Assembly (NCBI GenBank): GCA_951406725.2
Contig: OX597815.1
Coordinates: 54,250,001 to 54,314,000, forward strand
Source of the DNA: Octopus vulgaris
Lineage: Eukaryota
Direction of reading: 5' to 3'
DNA: 64,000 nt
In this document: piece by piece, positions 27,883 through 42,731 of the stretch
Numbering within the stretch: the stretch's first letter is position 1
Layout of the letters: every line of letters begins with the position of its first letter
Notes under the pieces: generated by a model
Database searches by the model: none
Seen by the model: the letters and a program-made list of their open reading frames with translations, nothing else
What the model was told of the DNA's origin: nothing
Made by a program: the position numbers and the translations under genes

Positions 27883-27914
<32 letters not shown>

Positions 27915-27992
27915 GACACTTAATTTATTATTATTATTATTATTATATCATAAAAGAATTATTAATAAAATAATTAATTATTATTATTATTA
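27662..27992. repeat. (AAT)n then (TTA)n microsatellite
   Basis: Direct reading. Confidence 0.97.
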
Positions 27993-28000
27993 CTCTCTCT

Positions 28001-28408
28001 CTCTTTTTACTCTTTTACTTGTTTCACTCATTTGACTGCGGCCATGCTGGAGCACCGCCTTTAGTCGAGCAAATCGACCCTGGGACTTATTCTTTGTAAG
28101 CCCAGTACTTATTCTATCGGTCTCTTTTGCCGAACCGCTAGGTGACGGGGACGTAAACACACCAGCATCGGTTGTCAAGCAATGCGAGGGGGACAAACAC
28201 AGACACACAAACACACACATACGTATATATATATATACATATATACGACAGGCTTCTTTCAGTTTCCGTCTACCAAATCCACTCACAAGGCATTGGTCGG
28301 CCCGGGGCTATAGCAGAAGACACCTGCCCAAGATGCCACGCAGTGGGACTGAACCCGGAACCATGTCGTTGGTTAGCAAGCTACCTACCACACAGCCACT
28401 CCTGCGCC
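28001..28408 (-). mobile_element. SINE family A, full length
   Basis: Reverse complement of 35466-35890 over its whole length. Confidence 0.95.
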
Positions 28409-28409
28409 T

Positions 28410-28535
28410 ATTTTTTTTTTTTCTTTCAAATTTGCTTCCGTTTCTTGCCGAGTGTCTTCCCGACTCCTAGGGCAAAGAAGCTCATAGTATACATTGGTAG
28501 GCCATTAAACTAAACTTTATAGTTCGTTCATTTAT
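28410..28535 (-). mobile_element. R4/Dong-like 3'UTR fragment
   Basis: Reverse complement of ~21440-21550 / 41840-41955 (ccctaggagtcgggaagacactcggcaag). Confidence 0.9.
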
Positions 28536-28579
28536 TATTATTATTATTATTATATTATTATTATTATTATTATTATTAT

Positions 28580-29340
28580 ATTTTGCTGAGTATGATGGAA
28601 AGGGTCAGCTGTCCACAGCAAGAAGACTATGGTGACACTTGTGCACTGGTCATGCTCCAAGAATCCTGTAAAGAATTCTTGCAGTTCAAAGCAATGCTGA
28701 TTTTTGTAGAAAGTGATAAGTGCAGAATTTGTGGGCAAAATGGTGAAACTGTATGGCATATTACCAGTCAATGTACACCACTAGCCCAGAAGGAATATAG
28801 GAGACGTCACGACAATATAGCAAAGCTTGTCCATTGGACACTTTGCAACAAGTATGGACTTGGCAGAGCAAAAAATTGGTGCGACCCGAAGGCATCATCG
28901 AAAATGGTAGTGCAAAGTTCTTGTGGGATTTTATGATCCAGTGCAACCATGAGATAGAAAATAGGAAGCCAGACACAGTCTTAATTGAGAAAGAAAGGAA
29001 ACTATACTGAATCATAGATATAGCATGCACAGCAGACAACAAAGTATGCGATAAGGAAGAAAGAAAAGTCGATAGTTATGACAGGTTAGCTTGGGAGTTT
29101 AAGATGTTGTAGTCGATGAAAAAGGTGTAGTAGTACCAATAATTGTCGGAGCCCTGGGAACAGTGAATAAAAATCTTGAGAAGTACGTGGAAGAAATATA
29201 GGCTGCAATAAGGGTGAAGCACTAGCAGAAAACCACTACTTGTAACCGCTCGAATAATCCGAAAGATGCTCGAAAATAAGGGGTGTTAGTGAACAGCTGA
29301 CACCGTAGAGCATCTCCAGAGTTAGAAGCTGTGCAAAGGC

Positions 29341-29341
<1 letters not shown>
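28580..29341 (+). mobile_element. R4/Dong-like LINE 3' fragment
   Basis: CRICGQNGETVWHITSQC, RRHDN, LWDF, RKPDTVL, VPIIVGALG; ends in (AAT)n. Confidence 0.9.
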
Positions 29342-29408
<67 letters not shown>

Positions 29409-29410
29409 TA

Positions 29411-29482
<72 letters not shown>

Positions 29483-29488
29483 GTAGTA

Positions 29489-29820
29489 GTGAGCTTACGA
29501 TCATGAGGTTGTGAGCTCGAATCCCGGACCGGGCTGCGTGTTGTGTTCTTGAGCAAGGCACTTTATTTCACGTTGCTCCAGTTCACTCAGCTGTAGAAAT
29601 GAGTTGCGACGTCACAGGTGCCAAGCTGTATCGGCCCTTGCCTTTCCCTTGGACAACATCAGTGACGTGGAGAGGGGAGGCCGGTATGCATGGGCGACTG
29701 CTGGTCTTCCATAAAACAACCTTGCCCAGACTTGTGCCTCAGAGGGTATCTCTCTAGGTGCAAACCCATGGTCAGTGCCTGACCGAAGGCACTGAAAAAA
29801 AAAAAAAAAAAAAAAAAAAA
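29489..29820 (+). mobile_element. tRNA-derived SINE family D (5'-clipped) with terminal hairpin and poly(A)
   Basis: B-box-like gctcgaatccc, CORE-like tgtgttcttgagcaaggcacttta, hairpin TCAGTGCCT-gaccga-AGGCACTGA, then A-run. Confidence 0.7.
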
Positions 29821-29864
29821 GTAGTAGTAGTAGTAGTAGTAGTAGTAGCAGCAGCAGCAGAAGC

Positions 29865-29903
<39 letters not shown>

Positions 29904-29929
29904 CATAATAATATTTATTTCATTTATTA

Positions 29930-31385
29930 GCCACTAGGAACGGCCCTTCCGATCGAAGCGAAACGCTTTGCATCAGCTCCAGCTTCTGCAAGTAAAGGCA
30001 CAAAAGTTAATACGTACAGAAAGGAGGAGAGAGGGTACCTTTGATGGAGCGAACGGGAAATCTGAAACGGTTCCGAGAAGTGGCCGTTAATTTTGACAAC
30101 CGAGCAGATGCAACTGTACATTTCAGCGATCCTACCTTTCAAGCCGAAGCCAGACGCTTCCAGGACGCTGTCTAGATATTGATGGTCGACCCTATCGAAA
30201 GCTTTCGATTGATCTAAATTGATCAGCGCCTCATCGAATCCAGGTTTACACCCTACCCTTTCTATAATGAATCGCATGAGGTGAATGTAGGTTTGCACCT
30301 CCTCCCCAATCAAATCCTCGACAAGCGCCAACCTCTTTGCTAGTACCTTATTCAAAATATTAAACTCTGTGTTAAGTGATGTTATGGGCCTGAAGTTTTC
30401 TAATGTGTCCCTCTTGTTTTCGTCTTTCCTTATCAGCGTTACTACGCCCTGCCTCACAGAACTGGGGATACTCCCGTACTGCTGCCAGCTGCAAAAACGC
30501 GCTTCGAGGAGATCGGAGAACAAGTCTGGCATATTTACGTAAAGTTCATAGGGCAGACCATCTAAACCGGATGAAGTGTGCTGACAAGGGGATCCTGAAT
30601 TTCGGCTGAAGTTATCTACCTTTCACAGCGCTCAGCGTCGGACGTCGAGAGATGCGGCAAGCTGAAGTCAGCCACCACCTCCGCCCCGTCACTCTCCCCG
30701 AACAACCGAGCAAAGTGCTGGCGAAAGGCCTCACACATTTGCCTGGAATCGCTCAGCTCGTGTCTCTCTCGGTCCGTCATAGACAGAATTGCGGGTTTGT
30801 TACCACGCTGCACCTCATACATGTCGGTTGCAGTGCCACTACAAGTAACCTCATCTAACTTAGCTAATAACCCCTCCTCTTTTCTATTTTTTTCTTTGCT
30901 AAATCCTATTGACATTATTCTAATCTCTCTTTTGAGAGCCGCCCACCACCAGTTGTTGATGACCCTACCCCCGTCAACTTCTGCTTAACTAAATTGCTGA
31001 TTTGGTCCCTGTAAGCCTTACCTGCCGGAAACGACATGTTCAGCTTCCAGTACCCAGGTCCTAGCCTACGCGTCTTATCTAGGTCGACTGTACAGATTAC
31101 AAACTTAAGGTCTGAATAGGCGACAGTTTTAAAAAGTGGACATCCCACACTATTACTATCTATTTTCCTAGATGACCCTAAGCGGTTGGTCCAGGTACAC
31201 ACTAGAGTATTGGAGAAATCTCGTCTGTACTTGTCAGCCAGTTCTGACTGTCTCATCAGGTGCTTGAGGCCTTTGCGCCCCCTCTTCTATCAGCTACTCC
31301 CACCCAATCCCAACGTTGATCTAATATTCCGTTCCAGTCTCCTACTAAGAGTATTGGGCGAGACGTACCTAGAAAGTCTTCCAGC
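29930..31385 (-). mobile_element. L1/Tx1-like LINE relic (APE C-terminal half + RT N-terminal part)
   Basis: LVGDWNGILD, PGYWKLN, NFRPITSLN, LDQSKAFDRVDH, LHQRYPLSSFLY; several frameshifts and internal deletions. Confidence 0.9.
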
Positions 31386-32072
31386 TTCTTTTGATGAAAT
31401 TTGCTTTTGAACTGTGCTTTTGTCCAACTACTGTGCTCGTCTTTCTCCAACCATTGTGTTGAACTTTACGGTTGGTGTATTGGATCCATTTCTCATCACA
31501 TGTTACATTTCGATTCAGAATAGATTTATTTTTGTGACGAGAAAGTAGCATAATGCAGGCTTCTAAACGTTGCTGTTTCTGACTTTCATTGAGTTCATGT
31601 GGAACCCACTTATCCATCTTTTTCATTTTACCAATTTGAACTAGATGAGAGAATATTGTTTGCTTGCTATCACCAAACAACAACGATAATTCACGAGAAA
31701 TTTGAGATGGATCTGACTCGACGATGGCTTTCAGTTCGTCATTATCCACCTATGTTTCTGGTCAACCGCGTTGCTCATTTGTGAGGTCAAAATTACCAGA
31801 ACGAAATTTTGCAAATCAATCTGCTGCATGTGATCCTGTATTTCCAAGAATGAACTGTACGAATTTCCGACTTATCCGACTCTAAACAAAAGCAGCAAAA
31901 AACGATTTATAAATAATTTATAAAGCGCAAAATGTGTTAGAATAAAGAAATAGATGTGTCAGATTTCTAACAAAAAATAAAGATTGTCAAAATATAATAA
32001 TGCCGCAAAATGTGCAGCTGTCAACGCTTAACATATTACTTTACTACAAATTTCATACTTGACGACCTAATA
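31385..32072 (-). mobile_element. Mariner relic (5' half of transposase + 5' TIR)
   Basis: LKAIVESDP, KWVPHEL, VTCDEKW; TIR-like TATTAGGTCGTCAAGTATGAAATT (minus) ending at 32072. Confidence 0.9.
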
Positions 32073-32113
32073 CTTGGAGCGTCCGAAAATTCGTCCGATG
32101 TGTTCCTCGGAAA

Positions 32114-32159
<46 letters not shown>

Positions 32160-32187
32160 TATAATAATAATAATAATAATAATAATT

Positions 32188-32695
32188 GACCTGATGCAGT
32201 ACCAGGCACTGGCTCTCATGACTTGTGACTTTAACTGATTGGAAATGCTACCATGTACATTGATTTCTCTTGGTACAACAGACGGGTTACATATTTCTGC
32301 TCAATACCACAAATTTGCTTGTTGCTTGTTTGACCATAACCACTTGAGTATGTCACTGAGTTGGTGAATGATATATGCATCGCTGATCACCAGCAGAAGT
32401 AGTAGGGGAGTATCATGGCATGTGCTGTAATAATTCTTTGGGTTTGAATAACTCGCTCTGGAATTTAGGGACTTTTGAGTGGAATAGGCTACTTGACCTG
32501 AAGAAAACTGTAACTGGGCCCCACCTACAAGGTGATGCGCTGTTTATCTTGATATAAGATGACCATGTCGGGCATATATGGTGAGGATGCATATGTCTGG
32601 TGTACCTATGTCAGATGGGTAGTCATGATGGGTATGCAGGGCATCGTATACTTTAACCCAGTTTCACTTTGTTGGCATGCACTGCTCTCTCACTC
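32188..32695 (+). mobile_element. Family C non-coding retroposon (diverged copy)
   Basis: Colinear with 20221-20782; same 5' start cctgatgcagtaccaggca; (AAT)n on both sides. Confidence 0.85.
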
Positions 32696-32749
32696 AATAA
32701 TAATAATAATGATAATAATAACAATAACAACAACAACAACAACAACAAC

Positions 32750-32814
<65 letters not shown>

Positions 32815-32834
32815 TAATAATAATAATGATAATA

Positions 32835-32994
32835 GAGAAAATATCACTACTAAGTGCCGCACACAGCCTACGTAAAACACTTTCAATACAGTAACTATTG
32901 AAAGAGCATCACAACAATCTACAGTACATATCCAAACCACACAGAGCATTGCTCGGTAGTGCAGTGAAAGCACATGATAAAAATATGGGTATTG

Positions 32995-32995
<1 letters not shown>
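32835..32995 (+). mobile_element. R4/Dong-like extreme 3' fragment
   Basis: EKISLLSAAHSLRKTLSIQ* plus 3'UTR homologous to 35135-35292. Confidence 0.85.
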
Positions 32996-33090
<95 letters not shown>

Positions 33091-33109
33091 TAATAATAAT
33101 AATAATAAA

Positions 33110-35292
33110 TAAAGGCCAATAACCTGCCTCCCTACTATGTTCAAGGCATTTACTGCAGTGATATCGCAAAGGCTGAACAAGCACCTGGACGAAAACAAAC
33201 TGTTCCCAGAAGAGCAGAAAGGATGCCGCAAAGGCTCATATGGCTGTAAAGATCAACTAATGATTAATAAAGCCGTAACTGAAGACAGCCACAGAAAGAA
33301 GAAAGGCCTCAGTATGGCCTGGATTGACTACAAAAAGGCGTTTGATAGCATCCCCCACACATGGATCCTTGAAACACTAGCCATTAACAAAGTAGCACCA
33401 ACAATCATAAAATTCATAGAGCACTCTATGAATAAATGGCAAACAGTCCTACATCTCCAAACAAAAGAGGGACTCATGAAAACCAAAGACATCCCCATCA
33501 GAAGAGGAATATTCCAGGGAGACACGCTCTCTCCACTCCTTTTCTGCTTGGCACTGTCACCTCTATCTGATATGCTAAATAGAACTGGATGCGGATATAA
33601 ATGTTACGGCAAAACGATCAGCCACCTTTTATATATGGATGACCTAAAACTATACGCTGCAAATGACAAACAGCTGGAAACACTATTAAAGACAGTTCGT
33701 GGATTTACCAAAGAAATAGATATGAAATTTGGATTAGAAAAATGCGCCAAAGTAACCATGAAAATAGGAAAACTAGTTAAAAGTAACAACATCACACTAG
33801 ATAAAACCAATGAAATAAAAGAATTAGACCAAAGCCAAACTTACAAATACTTAGGAATCCATGAACTAGATAAGACACAACACACACAAATGAAAGAGAA
33901 AATAAAAAAAGAATATTATAGACGAGTTAGATCAATACTAAAAACAGAGCTCAATGCTAAAAACAAGATAATAGGTATCAACACTTTAGCTGTCCCAGTT
34001 ATAAGTTACAGCTACAATATCCTTAACTGGACACGAAGTGAACTGTCCAAAATAGATAGGAAAACAAGAAAAATACTGACAGGATCTAGGATGCATAACC
34101 CAAAATCTGACATAGAAAGACTATATATACAACGTATAGAAGGTGGTAGAGGCCTTATACAGCTGGAAAACTACTATAAAATAACCACCATAGGACTGCA
34201 AACATACCTACTTCAGAAGGAAGGAAAACTGATCCAGATAGCAGCAAAACACGAGCAAAACAAAAAACTGTTCTCAGTATTTAAGGAAGCTGACAAATAC
34301 AAACAAGAAATCATAGCACCTAATAAACACGAAGAAGAAGAAGAAGATGATGAAGAAACAACAAAAGCTATAAAACAAATGAAATCCAAACTAAAAATAG
34401 AACAGCAACGAACCATGATAAAACGATGGCAAGAAAAGCCCCTTCATGGTAAATACTGCACTAAACTAAACGCAAAAGAAATAGACAAAGAAAGATCCCA
34501 GCAATGGTTGAGAAGCTCAGGACTCAAAGCAGAAACAGAGGGATTTTTAATTGCAGCACAAGACCAAAGCCTCCCCACCAGAAATTACCAAAAACATGTA
34601 ATGAAAAGAAATATTACAAGTAACTGCAGAATATGTGGAGATGGACAAGAAACAATAAATCCTATTATCTCTAGCTGCCCAGTCCTGGCTAAGAAGGAAT
34701 ATATTCACAGACATGACAGAGTTGGAACCTACATACACTGGAAGCTATGCCAACATTATGGAATAACAACAGAAAAAAGATGGTATAGGCACACACCAGA
34801 AAAGGTTACAGAAAACGAGAAAGCAACCATACTCTGGGATATGCCGATACACACAGATAGAGAAATTAAGGCCAACAGACCAGATATAGTTATCAGAGAT
34901 CATGAAGAAAAAAATGCTTTCTAATTGATGTATCAATACCGGCAGATGACAACGTGTCTCTAAAAGAAATGGAGAAACTCTCAAAATACAAAGACCTGGA
35001 AATAGAGGTAACTAGAATGTGGAATCTGAAAACAGAAACAATTCCTATCATAGTAGGTGCATTAGGCATGATAAAAAAATATTCAGACAAATACATAACA
35101 AAAACACCAGGACTTACAAACACATATATCATACAGAAAATTGCACTACTAGGCACTGCACACATCCTACGCAGAGCACTTTCCATACAATAACCATCAG
35201 AGCATCACAACAAATAACAGCACATACCCAAGGCACACAGAGCTGCGCTCGGTAGTGAAGTGAAAGCACGCTATAAAAATAAAACTACTGAA
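33110..35292 (+). mobile_element. 5'-truncated R4/Dong-like LINE (RT + CCHC + RLE endonuclease)
   Basis: RPITCL, EQKGC, WIDYKKAFDS, GIFQGDTLSPLLF, YMDDLKLY, CRIC..ETINPIISSC (H>P), RHD, RPDIV, EKLSKYKDL; one frameshift in the A-run near 34915; (AAT)n on both sides. Confidence 0.97.
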
Positions 35293-35300
35293 TAATAATA

Positions 35301-35353
<53 letters not shown>

Positions 35354-35465
35354 TTTCCGTTATTTTCTCCTTGACTACTCGAATATGTAAACGTACATTT
35401 ATTGGACCAACGCTGTTCAACGCAAAACAATAATTTCCTCCATAATAAGTTGAAAATCCTACATA

Positions 35466-35628
35466 GGAGCAGGAGTGGCTGTGTGGTAAGTAGGTTGCTT
35501 ACTAACCACATGGTTCCAGGTTCAGTCCCACTCCGTGGCATCTTGGGCAGGTGTCTTCTACTATAGCCTCGGGCCGACCAAAGCCTTGTGAGTGGATTTG
35601 GTAGACGGAAACTGAAAGAAGCCCGTCG

Positions 35629-35671
<43 letters not shown>

Positions 35672-35890
35672 ATGTTTGTGTGTCTGTGTTTGTCCCTCCA
35701 GCATTGTTTGACAACCAATGCTGGTGTGTTTACGTCACCGTCACTTAGCGGTTCGGCAAAAGAGACCGATAGAATAAGTACTGGGCTTACAAAGAATAAA
35801 TCCCGGGGTCGATTTGCTCGACTAAAGGTGGTGCTCCAGCATGGCCGCAGTCAAATGACTGAAACAAGTAAAAGAGTAAAGAGTAAAGAG
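35466..35890 (+). mobile_element. SINE family A, full length
   Basis: A/B boxes, CORE-like segment, internal (TA)n(TG)n, GTCGA hairpin, CR1-type tail and short A-rich terminal repeats. Confidence 0.95.
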
Positions 35891-36025
35891 ATATCCACAA
35901 TTTTCTCTAGCCGTACACATAAACGATCATCTTTAAAAACTTTGTGACTTTAGGAGGTAAACAACTGCCAATATATACAATTTGCACAATTACTAATACT
36001 AAGCTACGGCAAAACCTATAAAAAG

Positions 36026-36079
<54 letters not shown>

Positions 36080-36081
<2 letters not shown>

Positions 36082-38702
36082 TAGTAGAGCTTGGAATAAC
36101 CGTCTAAGGGACAAAAGTATCCGTTATACTACCGGTATGATACCTATGTTAAACCTAGTCATACATACACAAGCATATTATGCTTTTAGATTACAGGGAA
36201 TGACAAAGAATCAGCATGAGCTGATCAGGAATCAAATTTAATTCAATACAAATAGACTGCATCCCATCTAACAGCTGTTTCTGCTTCCAATGTTATATGG
36301 TATTGTCATTAATATTCTAAAAATGATATTCATCCTATTTGGTAATAAAACCGACCTTGAACATAGAGCATTATCAGAGTAAAGGAAAATACATATATAA
36401 AAGAAAAGAAAAGAAGAACCGAGGTAAAAGAAAGCCTGAATATGTTTAAATCATACCATTTTGCTTATGTGCTTCTTCGGGACGTTGAGTAAATGACTAA
36501 ATTTAAAATAGTAATTTTTGGTTTAAATTTTTCTTTGGGAGTGATAAGGTGGATAAGTAATAAAAAAAGTAACAAAAAAAATTTACAATATCGGGATACG
36601 CCAATAGATTTAGTGAAAGAGGGATAGAAACTACCATAACGTCTAGAAGTAATCATAATAGATCTTAATAATTATGTTTATAGTACTAATTCTTAGTTTT
36701 TATCATATTAAAGTGCCCGACAATTAAATTATTTACTTACTAATTTGTGGTAAAGTCAAACCACCTATTGTCCATAATAGGATTGACCAAGGTCCATTGT
36801 TCGACATAATTGTTCAGTTAAATTTAAAAGCAAAGGGCAAGCTATTAAGACCGTTATACGGGTTAGTATAAATAAATAAATAAAAGTACTGAAAAGTGGT
36901 ATATGCTGTAAGGGGCCCAAAAACGCTTCAAAGATTCTATATAAAAATGATAACGGGGCGAAGCATGAAGGATGCCAATATTATCAGTAATCATGATGAC
37001 AACAATAATAACTTAAAACATTATGAGCAGAAACCTAGCGGTAGTACCACCGGCAGCAGGTCTAACGCGTATAGCATAGATAAGATGTTTAATACAAATA
37101 CGCGTAAACATAGCATTCATCACTCGAACAGCAATAAAATTGTGCTGTATGGTAAAATTACTGTAAAAACGGAAAATACTAATTGGCTTATACTCCCGTA
37201 TGCTAAACAAATTAAAACGAATTTAGCTAAATCTATATCTAAAATCATAAATAAACACTTTGATAAGAATATCGAGTATTCGAAAATTATTAATAGTAAA
37301 ATAATAACGACAGGTTATAGTCTTACACACAACCTAGCTAGTATCATTTCCTCCCTAAATAATAAAAATAACTAATTTTTTTTTATTTAGAAAGAAGTAA
37401 CAATAATAACAACAAGAATAATAGCAATAGTAAGAATTAAAAAAACAACCCCATAACCACCCCCAAACCTACTAATGATAGTACCAAGAACCATAATAAC
37501 CCTATTAATCATAATACACATCACACCAACACAGCAGTAAGAAATTCTCCCCAACAGCACAACCTATGTAACTTCAGAAATAAAGATATTTGCACCCTTG
37601 AAAATACTTCTAAAAGAAAATATGTAATTTACCAGTGCACAGTCACAACACAGGTTAGTAAACGAATACATATAGGAGCTACCAATAATGAAATGAAACG
37701 AAGATTAGCCGCACACCAACACACTTTCAGAAATAGGAATAAGGTTAACTCGACCGGAATAAGTAAATATAATTGGGAGCTTAAAGATAAAGATATTAGA
37801 TTCCTCGCTTCCGCACCTTCGTACAATGTAAAAAATAAGAAATGCCATTTGTGCATCAATGAAAAGTTTTTCATATTAGAGGCCCGACTCCTGTTACTTA
37901 ACTTGAAGGAAGAGAGAAATTAGCTTGCTTGCACAAAGGTAAATATATCTTTTCCAGATGTAAATAGTTTTGTATCATCCCCACTAATAGCACCCAGTGC
38001 TCGTCACCAAACACATCGCAAAGTTCGATTCTAAATGATGACATATATTACTTTCCAATTAAAGCTAGGCCTGTTATCGGTAATCCAGCATTAAAATCAC
38101 TACACTAAACCTATCCGAGTTTAAAATTTCCCCTCCCACACATAATAACTAAACTATATATCAGTTTACTACCCCTTAATATAATCTTCTCCCCCACACA
38201 CACACACTTTAATCATAAAATACCAGTTCTCTTAATGCTTAACTTAATTTAGACTATAGAGTGCACAAATATCCATTCCCCTACCATTACCCCACCTCAC
38301 CCTAAATGGAACCTTGACCTGCCACCTTAACAATGAATTATTCTGGCTTTATTTGCAACTAACATTACCTTTCTATGCTACTTGATGGCTTGTTTCACTT
38401 AACTTAATTTCATTCTGGACCTAATTTCAGTCAGCATGGGACTATTTCCATTTATTGAAGACCCCCTTTTAGATGTACTCATTTCAAAAGCCCTCACTCC
38501 CACACATATAACAGTATTTATTTAACACTTTAATTTCAATTTCACACCTCTTAATTTGCATTTGCTTGTACTTTGTATTACATTTAGCGCTTTTCTATGA
38601 ATTATTATTATTGTTAGGTGTATTAACACATGCATGGAAGTAAAACTGTGAAAGTTCTCATATGTATTCACCCACGCATGGGTTGATATAATAATAATGA
38701 TG

Positions 38703-38768
<66 letters not shown>

Positions 38769-39680
38769 GTATATTAAGTATGATTGAGTAGAGTGTAGTA
38801 TGAGCCTGCATCTGTAACAATGATAATAATTAGCAAGTAATTAATTTGTAATCATTTAATTAATTTAGGGATTTGTACTTATACTTATTCATATGACCAC
38901 TAGGCTGAATGAATTAGGGAATGTTTAGCCAATCAACTGTGTGATTGTCTAGTCAGCTCACTGCTTAGTTACTGTGGATGTTAGTTCAGAAGTTAGACTT
39001 TGTATTATAATCTCCCAATTTAGATCTCTTCCATAGTCATTACTTCCCGTTAACTGTAATTATCATCCTTATCACCACCCCTAATTCTTTTCCTACGGAA
39101 TAAATTCTCTTCATTGTCTAATAATTTTACACTCCTATTTATAAAGCTTTTGGACCATTCTCCACCTCCAACCGTCTTAATTCATAATTGTCCAAATAGA
39201 TACCTCTGTTTTGATGATATTGCTGGCATTGTTCATTCCTTTGCTTTATACTTGCTTACATATTTGTTTTTTCTATATATACAATCTCTTAAGCGATTTG
39301 AGGCCCCTTACAACATATACCACTTTTCCATACTTTTATATACTTATTTATACCAACCCGTATAACGGTCTTAATAGCTTGCCCTTTGTTTTTAAATTTA
39401 ACTTACTAATTATATCGAACGCTGGGCCTTGGTCAATCAATCCTATTACGGACAATAGGTGGTTTGACTTTACCACATAATAGTATGTAAATAATTTAAT
39501 TTTCGGGCAGTTTATTATGATAGAAACTATTAATTAGGACTGTAAACATAATTATTAAGATCTATTATGATTACTTCAAGACGTTATGGTACTTTCACTC
39601 CATATCTGACTAAATCTACTCGGGTACCCCGTTATTGTAAATTTTTTTATTGTTATATTTTTTATTACTTATCCTCTGTA
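36080..39680 (+). mobile_element. Penelope-like element remnant (thumb/linker + GIY-YIG + long 3' region) with inverted 5' arm
   Basis: WLILPYAKQIKTNL..IINKHF..GYS..NL.SIIS; CNFRNKDIC; VIYQCTV..HIGAT..KRRL..H..CHLCINEK..LN; 36550-36947 is the reverse complement of ~39270-39675; abuts (TA)n at 36028-36078. Confidence 0.85.
36265..36381 (-). ncRNA. Degenerate hammerhead ribozyme in the Penelope inverted arm
   Basis: Minus strand ct-CTGATAA-tgct...agca-GAAAC-AGCT-GTT-ag; core G8 changed to A, long stem II insert. Confidence 0.5.
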
Positions 39681-39689
39681 AATTTACAT

Positions 39690-41960
<2,271 letters not shown>

Positions 41961-41962
41961 AA

Positions 41963-42029
<67 letters not shown>

Positions 42030-42494
42030 GAAATATTAAAATTACTATGTCTCTCTAAAAGTGATTATGGCAGCGTTACTGGAAATTAATTGTTATCGCC
42101 ATATTAATATGGCAGTCTTATAGATATAAGACTAAAAGCTGTCGCTGATTAGCTCCATGAGGCCATCGCCTTAAGATAGCTATTTGACACACAAACTGTG
42201 TCCATTATAACCTTCGAACCCTTGGAAATATGGGTGTTTCGTTCAACATCCTTAAACAACCCTTATTCAGGGACCTTTTGAGAGGGATGGGCTACCCGAC
42301 CTGAAGGAAATTCTGAGCTCAACCTGCAAGGTCGTGTGCTGTTTATCTTGATATATGATCACCAGGTCGCACACATATGGTTGTGATGCATGTGCCTAGT
42401 GTACCCTTATCAGACAGGTTGTCATGATGGGTATACTAGGCTTCGTATATTTTACCCCAGTGTCATTTTGATGACATGCACTGCTCTCTCACTC

Positions 42495-42495
<1 letters not shown>
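42030..42495 (+). mobile_element. Family C variant: different hairpin-rich 5' part joined to the family C 3' half
   Basis: 42220-42495 matches ~20503-20782; 42030-42220 is unrelated to the other copies. Confidence 0.75.
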
Positions 42496-42566
<71 letters not shown>

Positions 42567-42731
42567 CATTTTGGCACAAGGTTAGCATTTTAGGGAGAGA
42601 AGTAAGTCGACTACATCGACCCAGTGCTCAACTGTTGTTTACTTTATTGACTCCGCAAGGATGAAAAGATTCGGAAGAATTACCGCAAAGCATTATTTCA
42701 TCAATCTAACGATTCTGCTAGCTCACCGCCA
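42567..42731 (-). mobile_element. SINE family B (internally deleted)
   Basis: ttttggcacaagg..gtcgactacatcgacccagtgctcaact..aacgattctgctagctcaccgcc. Confidence 0.8.
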
